Of a stretch of 64,000 nucleotides of DNA, positions 1 through 9,248 are shown one piece after another. Under the pieces are notes generated by a model. That model had not been told where the DNA came from. It did no database searches and saw only the letters and a list, made by a program, of their open reading frames with translations. This DNA is from an uncultured Eremococcus sp. Its GTDB lineage: Bacteria; Bacillota; Bacilli; Lactobacillales; Aerococcaceae. Numbering within the stretch: position 1 is the first letter of the stretch; the number at the start of each line of letters is the position of its first letter. The position numbers and the translations under genes are program-made. The stretch covers positions 125,608 through 189,607 of the forward strand of contig CALUDO010000001.1 of NCBI GenBank assembly GCA_943914835.1, written 5' to 3'.

Positions 1-455
1 GTATAGCTTTCACCCGCAACTAAACCGACATTTGATAAGTTGTGATTGGCTGTGAAGAGGTCATATATTTTTTGGTCAATGGTTATTTCTTGGTCCATTG
101 TCAACTTGCCTTCATCTATTGCTTGATAAATTAGATAGACTGATATAATTTTTGACATTGAAGCAATAGGGTAGGGAGTCGTAGCCTCTTTACCAGCTAA
201 TACGCGGTTGGTTTCCTGGTCTACAACAATATATGATCTAGCATCGGTATTCTGGTCAAACCATTCAAGAATATCACTTGGGTAATCCTCCGGCATTTGG
301 TAGTTTTCTCCTGCCTCTAAGCTGGTCCCTTGATTGGTTGAGAAGTTGGGTGTTTTGCTGATGGCTTGAACATGACTAATGAAAGAAGAGCTGAGAAGGA
401 CGGCTATGGTTAGCATAGCCACGGGAATTTTTCTGAAGTTATATTTGCTGAACAA
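1..455 (-). CDS. Serine-type D-Ala-D-Ala carboxypeptidase (PBP5/DacA-like), N-terminal part; 3' end lies beyond the window edge
   Basis: Minus-strand frame reads MFSKYNFRKIPVAMLTIAVLLSS... (signal peptide) and contains an SxxK active-site motif (PIASMSKIIS). TTG start at 455-453 with GGAGGAA SD (complement of 462-468). No stop before coordinate 1. Confidence 0.6.
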   Translation of the reverse strand, partial: MFSKYNFRKIPVAMLTIAVLLSSSFISHVQAISKTPNFSTNQGTSLEAGENYQMPEDYPSDILEWFDQNTDARSYIVVDQETNRVLAGKEATTPYPIASMSKIISVYLIYQAIDEGKLTMDQEITIDQKIYDLFTANHNLSNVGLVAGESY

Positions 456-662
456 GGTGATTCCTCCTAGGATTTAAATTCTACCTAAAGTATTATAGCG
501 AAAAGGCCTGTCTATTCCAAGCTAAGCTTAATTAGAATTAAGATTAAGCAAGTATTTTTCACAAGATGACCACATTTAAGTTAGGGGTCTTCTTGATTTT
601 GAATGACTTCAAGTATTTTTTCTCTTATAATGTAGCTTAAGAATAAAACAGGAGATGAAAGA

Positions 663-1823
663 ATGAAACAATTTTCTTTGAGGTATCCTGCTAGGCGGAC
701 CTTGTCTTTATATTTACTTACAATGTTGGCTATGTTGATTTCTTTTTATTTGGGTAGCTTAGTTTTTATTGGCCTTACCCTTTATTATATTTACCAAAAT
801 CGTAAGCAGGTTCTGACCTATATCCGGCAAGATTGGGTGATTTTCTTGTTTATGATCTACACTTTGGCAGTGGCTGCCTATAACCAGAATATGGTGGGCT
901 GTCTACTTCCATTAGTCTATCTCTTAATGTATTTTTATTTTAAAATCTATTATCAAAAGATTGATTCCAACACTTATTTCACTATTTTGAAAATAGTTTC
1001 CTTGTCTGCTATACCCTTAACACTAATATGTGTCTATATATACCTAAGCTATGCTTTGGAGCATGGGTATGGTGTTTTTTATGTATTTAAATACAATGCC
1101 TTACAAACAAGGGCAGAGGCTACCTTTTTTAATGCTAACTATTATGGCCTCTTCTGTGCATTTTCCTGGGCAGCTAGCCTTTATTTGATGAAAAAAGAGA
1201 AAAATATGACATGGTATTGTTTGGGAGGATTTGCCTTACTTGCGAATGCAATATCAGTTGTTTTAACGGCGTCAAGAATGTTACCGCCTACGATTATTTT
1301 AACCAGTTTGTGGATGCTTGTATGGATGGATCGACGGTGGTTGAAATATATTCTAGCCTGTATCGTTCTGGGACTGGCTTTAGTCATGGTTAAACCCAGT
1401 TTGATTCCTAGAATTGATAGTATCGCATATGCCTTTCAGGATCGTTTTAATCTATGGGCTGTGGGTTTACAGATTTTTATGAGTCACCCATTAATAGGTC
1501 GAGGGAGCATGGCCTTTATGAATTTCTATTATCTATATAGCGATTATGCTCAAATGCATGCCCATTCTCTTTATATTAATAGTCTGGCTGATTTTGGCTT
1601 AATTGGAACAGGGATGATTCTGTGGATGCTTAAGCCTCTCTTTGGAAATATAAAGACCCTTTACCGGGATAAGGACTTAAGACTAGAGTTTGCTTTGATT
1701 AGCGGTTTGATTGTTGCTGTTTTAGTCCATGGTATAATGGATGTAGCTATTTTTTGGATTCAAACCGCCTTTGTTTTTCTATCTTTAATCATGATATCAT
1801 CAGAAAAATTAAAGAAAATCTAA
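663..1823 (+). CDS. O-antigen ligase family (Wzy_C) polytopic membrane protein
   Basis: 386 aa with about 10-12 hydrophobic helices. Large loop motif ...R..R..W..G..IF..HPLIGRGSMAF...H....SLADFGLIGTG typical of Wzy_C/WaaL. SD-like AGGAGATGAAAGAATG. Confidence 0.5.
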   Translation: MKQFSLRYPARRTLSLYLLTMLAMLISFYLGSLVFIGLTLYYIYQNRKQVLTYIRQDWVIFLFMIYTLAVAAYNQNMVGCLLPLVYLLMYFYFKIYYQKIDSNTYFTILKIVSLSAIPLTLICVYIYLSYALEHGYGVFYVFKYNALQTRAEATFFNANYYGLFCAFSWAASLYLMKKEKNMTWYCLGGFALLANAISVVLTASRMLPPTIILTSLWMLVWMDRRWLKYILACIVLGLALVMVKPSLIPRIDSIAYAFQDRFNLWAVGLQIFMSHPLIGRGSMAFMNFYYLYSDYAQMHAHSLYINSLADFGLIGTGMILWMLKPLFGNIKTLYRDKDLRLEFALISGLIVAVLVHGIMDVAIFWIQTAFVFLSLIMISSEKLKKI

Positions 1824-1830
1824 AAAAACC

Positions 1831-1859
1831 TTGCCATTAAAAACTGAGTATGGTATTCT
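1831..1859 (+). promoter_or_regulatory. Putative sigma-A promoter of the infC operon (TTGCCA-17-TATTCT)
   Basis: -35 TTGCCA at 1831-1836, 17-nt spacer, -10 TATTCT at 1854-1859. Confidence 0.35.
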
Positions 1860-2035
1860 CTTAAAGTTGAGAAAACAAGTAGAACTCAGTTTCTCGCCAA
1901 TGGCCTGGGGCCCTTGGCAAATAGATAAGTAGGTCACATTTTATTGGACCTAGTTTACCTGTGAGAAGTGAGTTTATTATAAACTTGCTTTTTTTATTGT
2001 TCTTGTGTTTCTCAAAATATTAATGGAGGTGGATT
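1860..2035 (+). promoter_or_regulatory. infC-rpmI-rplT leader, putative L20-responsive attenuator
   Basis: About 180-nt untranslated leader between the promoter and infC. Imperfect hairpin followed by a U7 run (about 1964-1996: AAGTGAGTTTATTATAAACTTGCTTTTTTT). The position matches the L20-leader attenuator known for Firmicute infC operons. Confidence 0.35.
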
Positions 2036-2038
2036 CAT

Positions 2039-2548
2039 ATTAAAGACTTACCCATCAATGAAGAAATCCGCGCGCGTGAGTTACGCGTTATCGGAGATAA
2101 CGGAGATCAGATAGGCGTTAAATCACTGAACGATGCTCTAACCATTGCTGAATCGTTTGAATTGGATTTAGTATTAGTGTCCCCTGGTGCGAAACCGCCC
2201 GTGGCTAGAATTATGGATTACGGTAAGTATCGCTATGAACTTCAAAAGAAGGAGAAAGAACAACGGAAGAACCAGAAAACGGTTAATCTTAAAGAACTTC
2301 GTTTAAGTCCTTCAATTGAGGAACACGACTATCAAACTAAATTGAGACAAGCCATTAAATTCCTAGAAAAAGGGGATAAGGTTAAGGTTTCTATCCGTTT
2401 TAGAGGTCGGGCTATTACCCATAAAGACCTAGGACGGGATGTCTTAGAGGATTTCATTGAAGATACACAAGAAGTAGCTTCAGTTGAAACAGCACCAAAA
2501 ATGGATGGGCGCTTTATGTTTATGATTCTAGCGCCAAAATCAGAATAG
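2039..2548 (+). CDS. infC: Translation initiation factor IF-3, non-AUG (AUU) start
   Basis: The in-frame extension upstream of the ORF-track Met gives ...[66 protein letters not shown]..., the canonical IF3 N-domain. GGAGG at 2025-2029 sits 9 nt before ATT at 2039. There is no in-frame ATG. Confidence 0.8.
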   Translation: MKDLPINEEIRARELRVIGDNGDQIGVKSLNDALTIAESFELDLVLVSPGAKPPVARIMDYGKYRYELQKKEKEQRKNQKTVNLKELRLSPSIEEHDYQTKLRQAIKFLEKGDKVKVSIRFRGRAITHKDLGRDVLEDFIEDTQEVASVETAPKMDGRFMFMILAPKSE

Positions 2549-2569
2549 GAAATATTTAGGAGGATTATC

Positions 2570-2767
2570 ATGCCAAAACAAAAAACACACCGCGCAACTG
2601 CCAAACGCGTTAAACGTACGGGTTCAGGAAAGTTAAAACGCTCTAGAGCCTTTACTTCTCACCGTTTCCACGGTAAGACTAAGAAACAACGTCGTCAATT
2701 ACGTAAAGCATCACTTGTATCATCAAGTGATTACAAACGTATTAAGCAAATGATTTCATCATTATAA
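2570..2767 (+). CDS. rpmI: 50S ribosomal protein L35
   Basis: 65-aa basic protein [24 protein letters not shown]...; strong SD GGAGG. Confidence 0.9.
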   Translation: MPKQKTHRATAKRVKRTGSGKLKRSRAFTSHRFHGKTKKQRRQLRKASLVSSSDYKRIKQMISSL

Positions 2768-2789
2768 TAGACTTAAGGAGGAATAAAGC

Positions 2790-3143
2790 ATGGCACGTGT
2801 TAAGGGTGGATATGTTACACGCCAACGTCGTAAACGTACAATTAAATTAGCTAAAGGGTATTACGGAGCAAAATCAATTTCATATAAGATGGCCAAACAA
2901 CAGGTCATGAAATCACGGATGTATGCTTTCCGTGACCGTAAGCAAACAAAACGGAATTTCCGTCGCTTATGGATTACCCGGATTAATGCAGCTGCTCGTC
3001 AAGAAGGCGTAAGCTATTCTGTATTAATGAATGGTCTTAAAAAAGCTGGCATCGAAATGAACCGTAAGATGTTAGCTGATTTAGCAGTGAATGACCAAGA
3101 TGCTTTCAAGGTCTTAGTTGACCAAGCTAAAGCGGCTCTATAA
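2790..3143 (+). CDS. rplT: 50S ribosomal protein L20
   Basis: [29 protein letters not shown]... is the canonical L20. Confidence 0.95.
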   Translation: MARVKGGYVTRQRRKRTIKLAKGYYGAKSISYKMAKQQVMKSRMYAFRDRKQTKRNFRRLWITRINAAARQEGVSYSVLMNGLKKAGIEMNRKMLADLAVNDQDAFKVLVDQAKAAL

Positions 3144-3164
3144 TTAAAACTTATCTTAAATGAA

Positions 3165-3202
3165 GTGATTCCCTATCTTTTTGATAGTGGGGTCACTTTT
3201 TT
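3165..3202 (+). terminator. Intrinsic terminator after rplT
   Basis: GTGATTCC/GGGGTCAC stem with G-U pairs, followed by TTTTTT. Confidence 0.45.
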
Positions 3203-3258
3203 GTATAAAAATATGTTAGGATTGAAAGGTATAAAGTTACTTGTAAGGAGGATGAACC

Positions 3259-5010
3259 ATGTCTCATATTTGGCGATATATCAAACAAAGACCTGGCTTA
3301 TTGGTCTTAAACTTAATTGGGAGTCTCTTTTTCGTTATCGTTAACTTAGGCTTGCCGACTATCTTAGCCCAAATGATTAATGAAGCCATTATTCCTAATG
3401 ATATTGATAAATTATACTATTGGGGAGCGATTATGGTTGTGGTCATTGTAGCTGGTGCTGGAGGGAGGGTTCTCCTCTCCTATGCTTCGAGTAAATTAAC
3501 CACCCTAATGATTCGTGATTTAAGAAATGACATGTTTGATAAGTTGCAATACTTCTCCCATGAAGAATACGAGAAAATAGGGGTATCATCCTTAGTCACT
3601 CGGATAACTAATGATGCCTTTGTTTTGATGCAGTTCACTGAGATGTCGCTGCGTTTGGGCTTTAATACACCATTGATGTTTATTGGATCCATTATTATGA
3701 TTATTTTAACCAGCCCTTCCTTAGCCTGGCTATTGGTATTGGCAATTCCATTCTTAATAGCTTCAATTTACTGGATTGCTAAGCGGTCTCGACCTATTTC
3801 GGAAGCTCAACAAACTTCTTTAGACCGAATTAATCAATATGCTCGGGAAAATTTAACAGGGCTTCGAGTCATAAGGGCCTTTGCAAGGGAAGATTATCAA
3901 GAAGCCAAATTTCATCGACAAACTGATGATTATGCTGATGTAGCCGGAGATCTATTTAAGTTGATGGGGCTAGCGAATCCTTTATTCTTCCATATTTTAA
4001 TTTGGATGATTGTACTAATCATGTGGTTTGCTTTAGGACCCATAGAAGCAGGATCATTGAATATTGGGATACTAGTAGCCTTTATTGAATATGCCTTTCA
4101 CGCTTTATTTTCCATCTTAATGTTTTCTCAACTCTTCATGATGTATCCTAGAACGAATGTCTCCGCAAATCGGATTAGCGAAGTCTTGACCATGCCCATA
4201 TCAATTTCCCCCAATGAATCTGGAGTTACAGAAACAGACACTGAGGGGTATTTAGAATTTGATAATGTGACCTTTGCCTATCCAGGGGAAACTGAAAGCC
4301 CTGTCCTTCATAATATATCCTTTAAGGCTCAACCAGGGCAGATGGTTGCCTTTATAGGGAGTACTGGGTCTGGTAAATCTACTTTGGTTCAACTTATTCC
4401 TCGTTTCTTTGATGTTACCTTAGGTCGAATCTTGGTGGATGGGGTAGATGTTCGTTCCTATCAATTGAAAGCTTTGCGCTCCAAAATCGGCTATATTCCT
4501 CAGAAATCTCTTCTCTTCACAGGAACCATTGGTGACAACCTTCGTTATGGAAAGTACGATGCTTCTGAAAAAGAGTTGACTCGAGCGACAGATGTAGCTC
4601 AGGCTAAGGATTTTATTGAAAAAACTAAAGAACGCTATCAGACTTTTTTAGCAGAGGGTGGTTCTAATTTGTCCGGAGGGCAGAAGCAGCGACTATCAAT
4701 CGCGCGGGCGATTGTTAAAGAACCTTCAATTTATGTGTTTGATGATTCCTTCTCCGCACTAGACTATAAAACAGATGCTGAACTTCGCCGACGGTTGAAA
4801 GAAATTACAGAACATTCAACTGTCTTAGTAGTAGCCCAACGAATCTCCTCAATTAAAGACGCTGATCAAATTATTGTCTTAAATGAGGGTGAAATCATAG
4901 GCCGGGGCCGACATGAAGAACTGATGGCTAATAATGAAATATATCAAGAAATTGCTCAATCTCAGATGAAACCAAGTAAATACGAAAGCGAGGTGGCAGA
5001 TCATGCTTAA
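3259..5010 (+). CDS. Heterodimeric ABC exporter subunit (TMD-NBD) carrying the degenerate-site catalytic residues (LmrC/EfrC-like)
   Basis: Six TM helices plus an NBD. Walker A GSTGSGKST, signature LSGGQKQRLSIARA, Walker B IYVFDDS (Ser, not Glu, follows the Walker B aspartates), H-loop VVAQRIS (Gln in place of His). Confidence 0.85.
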   Translation: MSHIWRYIKQRPGLLVLNLIGSLFFVIVNLGLPTILAQMINEAIIPNDIDKLYYWGAIMVVVIVAGAGGRVLLSYASSKLTTLMIRDLRNDMFDKLQYFSHEEYEKIGVSSLVTRITNDAFVLMQFTEMSLRLGFNTPLMFIGSIIMIILTSPSLAWLLVLAIPFLIASIYWIAKRSRPISEAQQTSLDRINQYARENLTGLRVIRAFAREDYQEAKFHRQTDDYADVAGDLFKLMGLANPLFFHILIWMIVLIMWFALGPIEAGSLNIGILVAFIEYAFHALFSILMFSQLFMMYPRTNVSANRISEVLTMPISISPNESGVTETDTEGYLEFDNVTFAYPGETESPVLHNISFKAQPGQMVAFIGSTGSGKSTLVQLIPRFFDVTLGRILVDGVDVRSYQLKALRSKIGYIPQKSLLFTGTIGDNLRYGKYDASEKELTRATDVAQAKDFIEKTKERYQTFLAEGGSNLSGGQKQRLSIARAIVKEPSIYVFDDSFSALDYKTDAELRRRLKEITEHSTVLVVAQRISSIKDADQIIVLNEGEIIGRGRHEELMANNEIYQEIAQSQMKPSKYESEVADHA

Positions 5011-6760
5011 TTCATTCAAATCGATTTGGCCTTTCTTTAAACCCTATCGTTTTAAATTATGGGCTTCAATTTTCTGTGTGGTAGTCAGTGTGATTATGAA
5101 TGTACTTGAGCCCTTCGTTTTAGGTATAGCGATTACTGAACTTACCCAGAATGTCTTGGATATGTCTAAGGGGATCCAGGGAGCAGGGGTGAATTATTCC
5201 TATATTTTCTGGGTCTTGGTCTTATATTTCATCCGAGGGGGATTTAACCAAGTTGCAACCTATGGATCTAACTATTTTATAACCCAAGCAGTTCAAGCTA
5301 TGACCCGGGATTTACGAGATGCAATTATGCAGAAAATCAACCGCCTTCCGGTGTCATATTTTGACCGTCATCAATTTGGTGATATGCTAGGGAGATTGAC
5401 CAATGATATTGAGGCAATTTCCAATGCAGCCCAACAGGCAATCATTCAAGTGGTGAATGCTATCTTATCGATTGTTTTTGTAGCTATTATGATGTTTATG
5501 CTTCAATGGCAACTGGCCTTAGTTATTCTAATTTCCATGCCCATATCTTATTGGGTAGCTAAGTTAGTGATTCGGTCATCACAGAAATACTTTAAAGAAC
5601 AAGCTGATATTCTCGGTCGATTGAATGGCTTTGTTCAGGAATCTTTAACGGGCTTCAATGTGATTAAATTATTTGCCCATGAGGAAGCAGCGAGGGAAGA
5701 TTTCCAAGTTATTACAGAGGACCTGTATCAGGTTGGTTTTAAGGCCTCTTTCTTATCCTCCTTAACCATGCCCTTAGTCGCTTCGGTTTCTCATTTTGCT
5801 TATTTAATTGTTGCAATTTTGGGAGGGGTCATGACAATGGCTGGTCGATTAACGATTGGTAACCTGCAAGCCTTTACCCAGTATGTATGGCAGGTCAATC
5901 AACCCATCCAAATGATTACCCAGTTATCTGGTTTGGTTCAATCGGCCACAGCAGCTATTGACCGGGTAATGGAAGTCTTAGCTGCTGATGAGGAAGACCA
6001 GTCTTATCAACTGGAGTTGACCCAACCCTTAAGTGGCCAAGTGACCTTCGAGGATGTTTCCTTTGCTTATAGATCTGACCAACCGCTTATCCAGAATTTC
6101 TCTGTTCAGGTTCAACCGGGAGAGACAGTAGCCATTGTTGGACCAACAGGGGCTGGAAAGACAACCCTAATAAATTTATTGATGCGGTTCTATGATGTGG
6201 ATGGTGGCTCTATTAAGGTAGATGGTCAGGATATTCGAATGTTTTCACGCCAGGATTATCGGTCTCAATTTGGGATGGTCCTACAGGATGCCTGGCTTTA
6301 TGAAGGTAGTATTGAAGAGAATCTTCGTTTTGGGAATTTACAAGCTAGTGACGAAGACCTGGTTGAAGCAGCTAAAGCTGCCAATGTAGATCACTTTATC
6401 CGGACCCTGCCAGGGGGGTATAAGATGAAGATGAATCAAGAATCCAGTAATATTTCCTTAGGTCAAAAACAATTGTTGACCATTGCCCGGGCCCTACTTT
6501 CCAACCCGAAAATTCTTATTCTGGATGAAGCGACCTCCTCAGTTGATACTCGGTTGGAACTTTTAATTCAGAAAGCTATGGACAAACTTATGGAAGGACG
6601 AACTTCCTTTGTGATTGCCCACCGCTTATCAACGATTCAAGATGCTGATAGAATCCTGGTTATGAGGGATGGGCAAATTATTGAGCAGGGTAATCATGAT
6701 TCCCTCCTTGAAGCTAAAGGATTTTACCACGATTTGTACTATTCTCAATTTTCTAAATAA
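5003..6760 (+). CDS. Heterodimeric ABC exporter subunit (TMD-NBD) with canonical catalytic residues but degenerate signature (LmrD/EfrD-like)
   Basis: Walker A GPTGAGKTT, Walker B ILILDEATSSVD (canonical Glu), H-loop AHRLST. The signature is ISLGQKQLL, degenerate relative to LSGGQ. Overlaps the preceding gene by 8 nt. Confidence 0.85.
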   Translation: MLNSFKSIWPFFKPYRFKLWASIFCVVVSVIMNVLEPFVLGIAITELTQNVLDMSKGIQGAGVNYSYIFWVLVLYFIRGGFNQVATYGSNYFITQAVQAMTRDLRDAIMQKINRLPVSYFDRHQFGDMLGRLTNDIEAISNAAQQAIIQVVNAILSIVFVAIMMFMLQWQLALVILISMPISYWVAKLVIRSSQKYFKEQADILGRLNGFVQESLTGFNVIKLFAHEEAAREDFQVITEDLYQVGFKASFLSSLTMPLVASVSHFAYLIVAILGGVMTMAGRLTIGNLQAFTQYVWQVNQPIQMITQLSGLVQSATAAIDRVMEVLAADEEDQSYQLELTQPLSGQVTFEDVSFAYRSDQPLIQNFSVQVQPGETVAIVGPTGAGKTTLINLLMRFYDVDGGSIKVDGQDIRMFSRQDYRSQFGMVLQDAWLYEGSIEENLRFGNLQASDEDLVEAAKAANVDHFIRTLPGGYKMKMNQESSNISLGQKQLLTIARALLSNPKILILDEATSSVDTRLELLIQKAMDKLMEGRTSFVIAHRLSTIQDADRILVMRDGQIIEQGNHDSLLEAKGFYHDLYYSQFSK

Positions 6761-6774
6761 GAATCAAGCGGTTC

Positions 6775-6810
6775 AAAAAGACCCCATCCAGTATGGATGG
6801 GGGTCTTTTT
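6775..6810. terminator. Bidirectional intrinsic terminator between convergent ABC operon and spxH
   Basis: AAAAAGACCCCATCC-AGTA-TGGATGGGGGTCTTTTT, a GC-rich 10-bp stem flanked by an A-run and a T-run. Confidence 0.8.
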
Positions 6811-6820
6811 GAACTTTGTC

Positions 6821-7579
6821 TTATCGGTGATTTCTTAGAATTTGTAATTTAGTCTTTCTTTGGTTTGGGGTATGTTCTTTTTCTTTTAAACTGGCGATAT
6901 GGTCTGCTACCATCATATCTGTTTGGTCCAAAATTTGATGCAAGGTGATTTCTTCCTTTACCAAGGTCTCAATGTTATTAGATTGCAGTTCCCGAATAAT
7001 TAGGGTGGGTGTTTGAGATATTTGCATTTCTTTAGCAATCTTTTGGTCTCGCATATATAATTTGCGAACAAAGTCAGATTCTAAATCTTGAACAAAGGTT
7101 TCAACATCAAGGTTGAGTTCTTTGGCTAATTTGATAGCCAAAGGTCGATTATATAGGCTAGCCTTGCCCATCAGGTGACTTTGTAAGGACATAAGGTAAC
7201 GACGACCATTCCGCTGCCCCTGCATAGATGCTGCTTTAAAAGCCAGACAAGCATGGTAGACTTTACAATAGAAGTCATTACGTTGATTTAGGTTATTGCC
7301 AGGAATAGATAAACGTTCCATGAATTCCTTAATGGTCGTTTGGTTATGGTAGGGGAGGATATATACATCGGTAGATGTAGAAATCGCTTTGACTACTTTT
7401 GAGATTTCTTGCTCACATTGGTAGCATAATGACCCCAGGGGATTAACAAAGAGATAGAATTCAAACAAATTAGGTACACCATTATATTGGTATTCAACTT
7501 GGTAGTTCGGTTGATGCATAAGTGCCTCCTTTCCATTTTTTGTCTCACTATTTTTCTCTACAATTATCCTAGCAAACAC
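6821..7579 (-). CDS. spxH: SpxH/YjbH-like ClpXP adaptor (DsbA-like thioredoxin fold with CxxC)
   Basis: 252 aa with CYQCEQE (CxxC) near the N-terminus. It lies immediately upstream of relQ-nadK-rluD, as yjbH does in the B. subtilis yjbH-yjbO arrangement. Confidence 0.65.
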   Translation of the reverse strand: MFARIIVEKNSETKNGKEALMHQPNYQVEYQYNGVPNLFEFYLFVNPLGSLCYQCEQEISKVVKAISTSTDVYILPYHNQTTIKEFMERLSIPGNNLNQRNDFYCKVYHACLAFKAASMQGQRNGRRYLMSLQSHLMGKASLYNRPLAIKLAKELNLDVETFVQDLESDFVRKLYMRDQKIAKEMQISQTPTLIIRELQSNNIETLVKEEITLHQILDQTDMMVADHIASLKEKEHTPNQRKTKLQILRNHR

Positions 7580-7716
7580 CAGAAATATTTTCCATTCTTA
7601 AGCTTTAGGGAATTTGATAACCAACATTGATTTCCCTCATTATTGTTTGTATTATGTGATAGAATGTAAGAGAACGTTTTGTTTTTTAAAGACCTGAGGT
7701 ACTGGGAGGGGATAAG

Positions 7717-8379
7717 ATGGTCGAAGATAATTTTGTTAAAGATTGGCAGGTTTTCCTGGCGCCCTATCAACAGGCCGTATCTGAGCTTAAATTGAAATTA
7801 AAGCATATTCGTCAAGAATATAAGGATCATCAACTCCATGCCCCTATTGAGTTTGTGACAGGTCGGGTTAAAACTCGAGAATCCATCCTAGAGAAGATGG
7901 AGGTTAGAAAGATTCAACCAGAAGACTTTTTGGTGGGAGTTCAGGACATAGCGGGCATAAGAATTATGTGTCAATTTGTTGAAGATATCTATTTGACAGC
8001 CGATTTATTAGCAAAACGAGAAGATTTCAAGGTCCTCCTGATAAGGGACTATATTGAGAATCATAAACCTTCAGGTTATCGATCTTACCATATGGTCATA
8101 GAATATCCCGTTCAACGGGCTGAGGGGGTAGTTCCTGTTATTTGTGAAATTCAAATTAGAACCCTGGCTATGAATTTCTGGGCCACGATCGAGCATTCCT
8201 TGAACTATAAGTACCAGGGTGCCTATCCTGACCATATCTTAAAGCGTTTGGAGCGGGCCAGTGAGGCCGCATTCCAGTTGGATGAAGAGATGTCCGAAAT
8301 CCGGTCTGAAATTCAGGAGGCAACCCAGTATTTTGAAAAACGCCATGATGATGAGCTCGATTTTACGGGGGATGACTAA
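7717..8379 (+). CDS. relQ: Small alarmone synthetase (GTP pyrophosphokinase, RelQ/YjbM family)
   Basis: 220 aa with a RelA/SpoT synthetase domain (...YHMVIEYPV...EIQIRTLAMNFWATIEHSLNYKY). Preceded by an extended -10 TGTGATAGAAT. Confidence 0.8.
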   Translation: MVEDNFVKDWQVFLAPYQQAVSELKLKLKHIRQEYKDHQLHAPIEFVTGRVKTRESILEKMEVRKIQPEDFLVGVQDIAGIRIMCQFVEDIYLTADLLAKREDFKVLLIRDYIENHKPSGYRSYHMVIEYPVQRAEGVVPVICEIQIRTLAMNFWATIEHSLNYKYQGAYPDHILKRLERASEAAFQLDEEMSEIRSEIQEATQYFEKRHDDELDFTGDD

Positions 8380-9215
8380 TGGGTAAAACAATCCTGATTT
8401 ATGCTAATGAATTAGCTAAGTCTCAAAAATTAAAGCAGGAGCTTATAAATTATGTCAATCTTTCCAAGCTTAGCCTGGTTCAACCAGGGCAAGTGCCAGA
8501 TTATATCATCACAATTGGTGGAGATGGAACCCTCTTGCACAGTTTCCATAAGTTCCAGTCATTTCTGAGACGGTCTAAGTTTTTGGGTATCCATACGGGT
8601 CATCTCGGTTTTTATACAGATTGGCAACCCCATGACCTGACTGATTTGGTGTCTAGTCTTGAAGCGGATGCAGATAAACCTATTTCTTATCCATTAGTTG
8701 AAATCGAAATTCGTTTGCACAATGGTCAGAAAAAGACCTATTTGGCTTTAAATGAAATGGCTATTCGGTCTAGTCGAGGAACCATGGTCTGTGATGTATA
8801 TATTGGAGATTATTTGTTTGAAACCTTCCGCGGGGACGGTCTCTGTATTGCGACACCCACAGGTTCTACAGGTCTAAATAAATCCCTGGGTGGGGCAGTG
8901 ATTCATCCTAGGTTAGATGCCATGCAAATGACTGAGATGGCCTCCCTTAATAATAGGGTTTTTCGAACGCTCTCTTCGCCGATTATTGTGCCAAAGGATG
9001 AGTGGATTGAATTACACCCTCAAGGTAAGGACAACCAATTTGTCTTAACCGTCGACCATTTGAATTTGACTCATTTAAAAATTAAGAGCATTCTAGCACG
9101 AATTGCTGATGAGCGAATTCAATTTGCTAGTTTTAAACATACTCATTTCTGGAACCGGGTAGAAGCATCCTTCATAGGAAGAAACGATGAAGGAAAAGAT
9201 TGCTTAGATAAATAA
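8379..9215 (+). CDS. nadK: NAD kinase
   Basis: GGDGTLL motif and NE/D motif; start overlaps the relQ stop (ATGA). Confidence 0.9.
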   Translation: MGKTILIYANELAKSQKLKQELINYVNLSKLSLVQPGQVPDYIITIGGDGTLLHSFHKFQSFLRRSKFLGIHTGHLGFYTDWQPHDLTDLVSSLEADADKPISYPLVEIEIRLHNGQKKTYLALNEMAIRSSRGTMVCDVYIGDYLFETFRGDGLCIATPTGSTGLNKSLGGAVIHPRLDAMQMTEMASLNNRVFRTLSSPIIVPKDEWIELHPQGKDNQFVLTVDHLNLTHLKIKSILARIADERIQFASFKHTHFWNRVEASFIGRNDEGKDCLDK

Positions 9216-9248
9216 TATATAATTTTTGTGGATAGGGAGGCTTGTGGT

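Noticed and set aside
1181-1393. Short overlapping ORFs (68 and 60 aa) inside the Wzy_C-family gene
   Set aside because: Embedded in, or antisense to, a long hydrophobic CDS, and have no translation signals.
7564-7770. 68-aa minus-strand ORF spanning the spxH-relQ intergenic region
   Set aside because: It runs through the relQ promoter/SD region and into the relQ start. No SD. Atypical composition.
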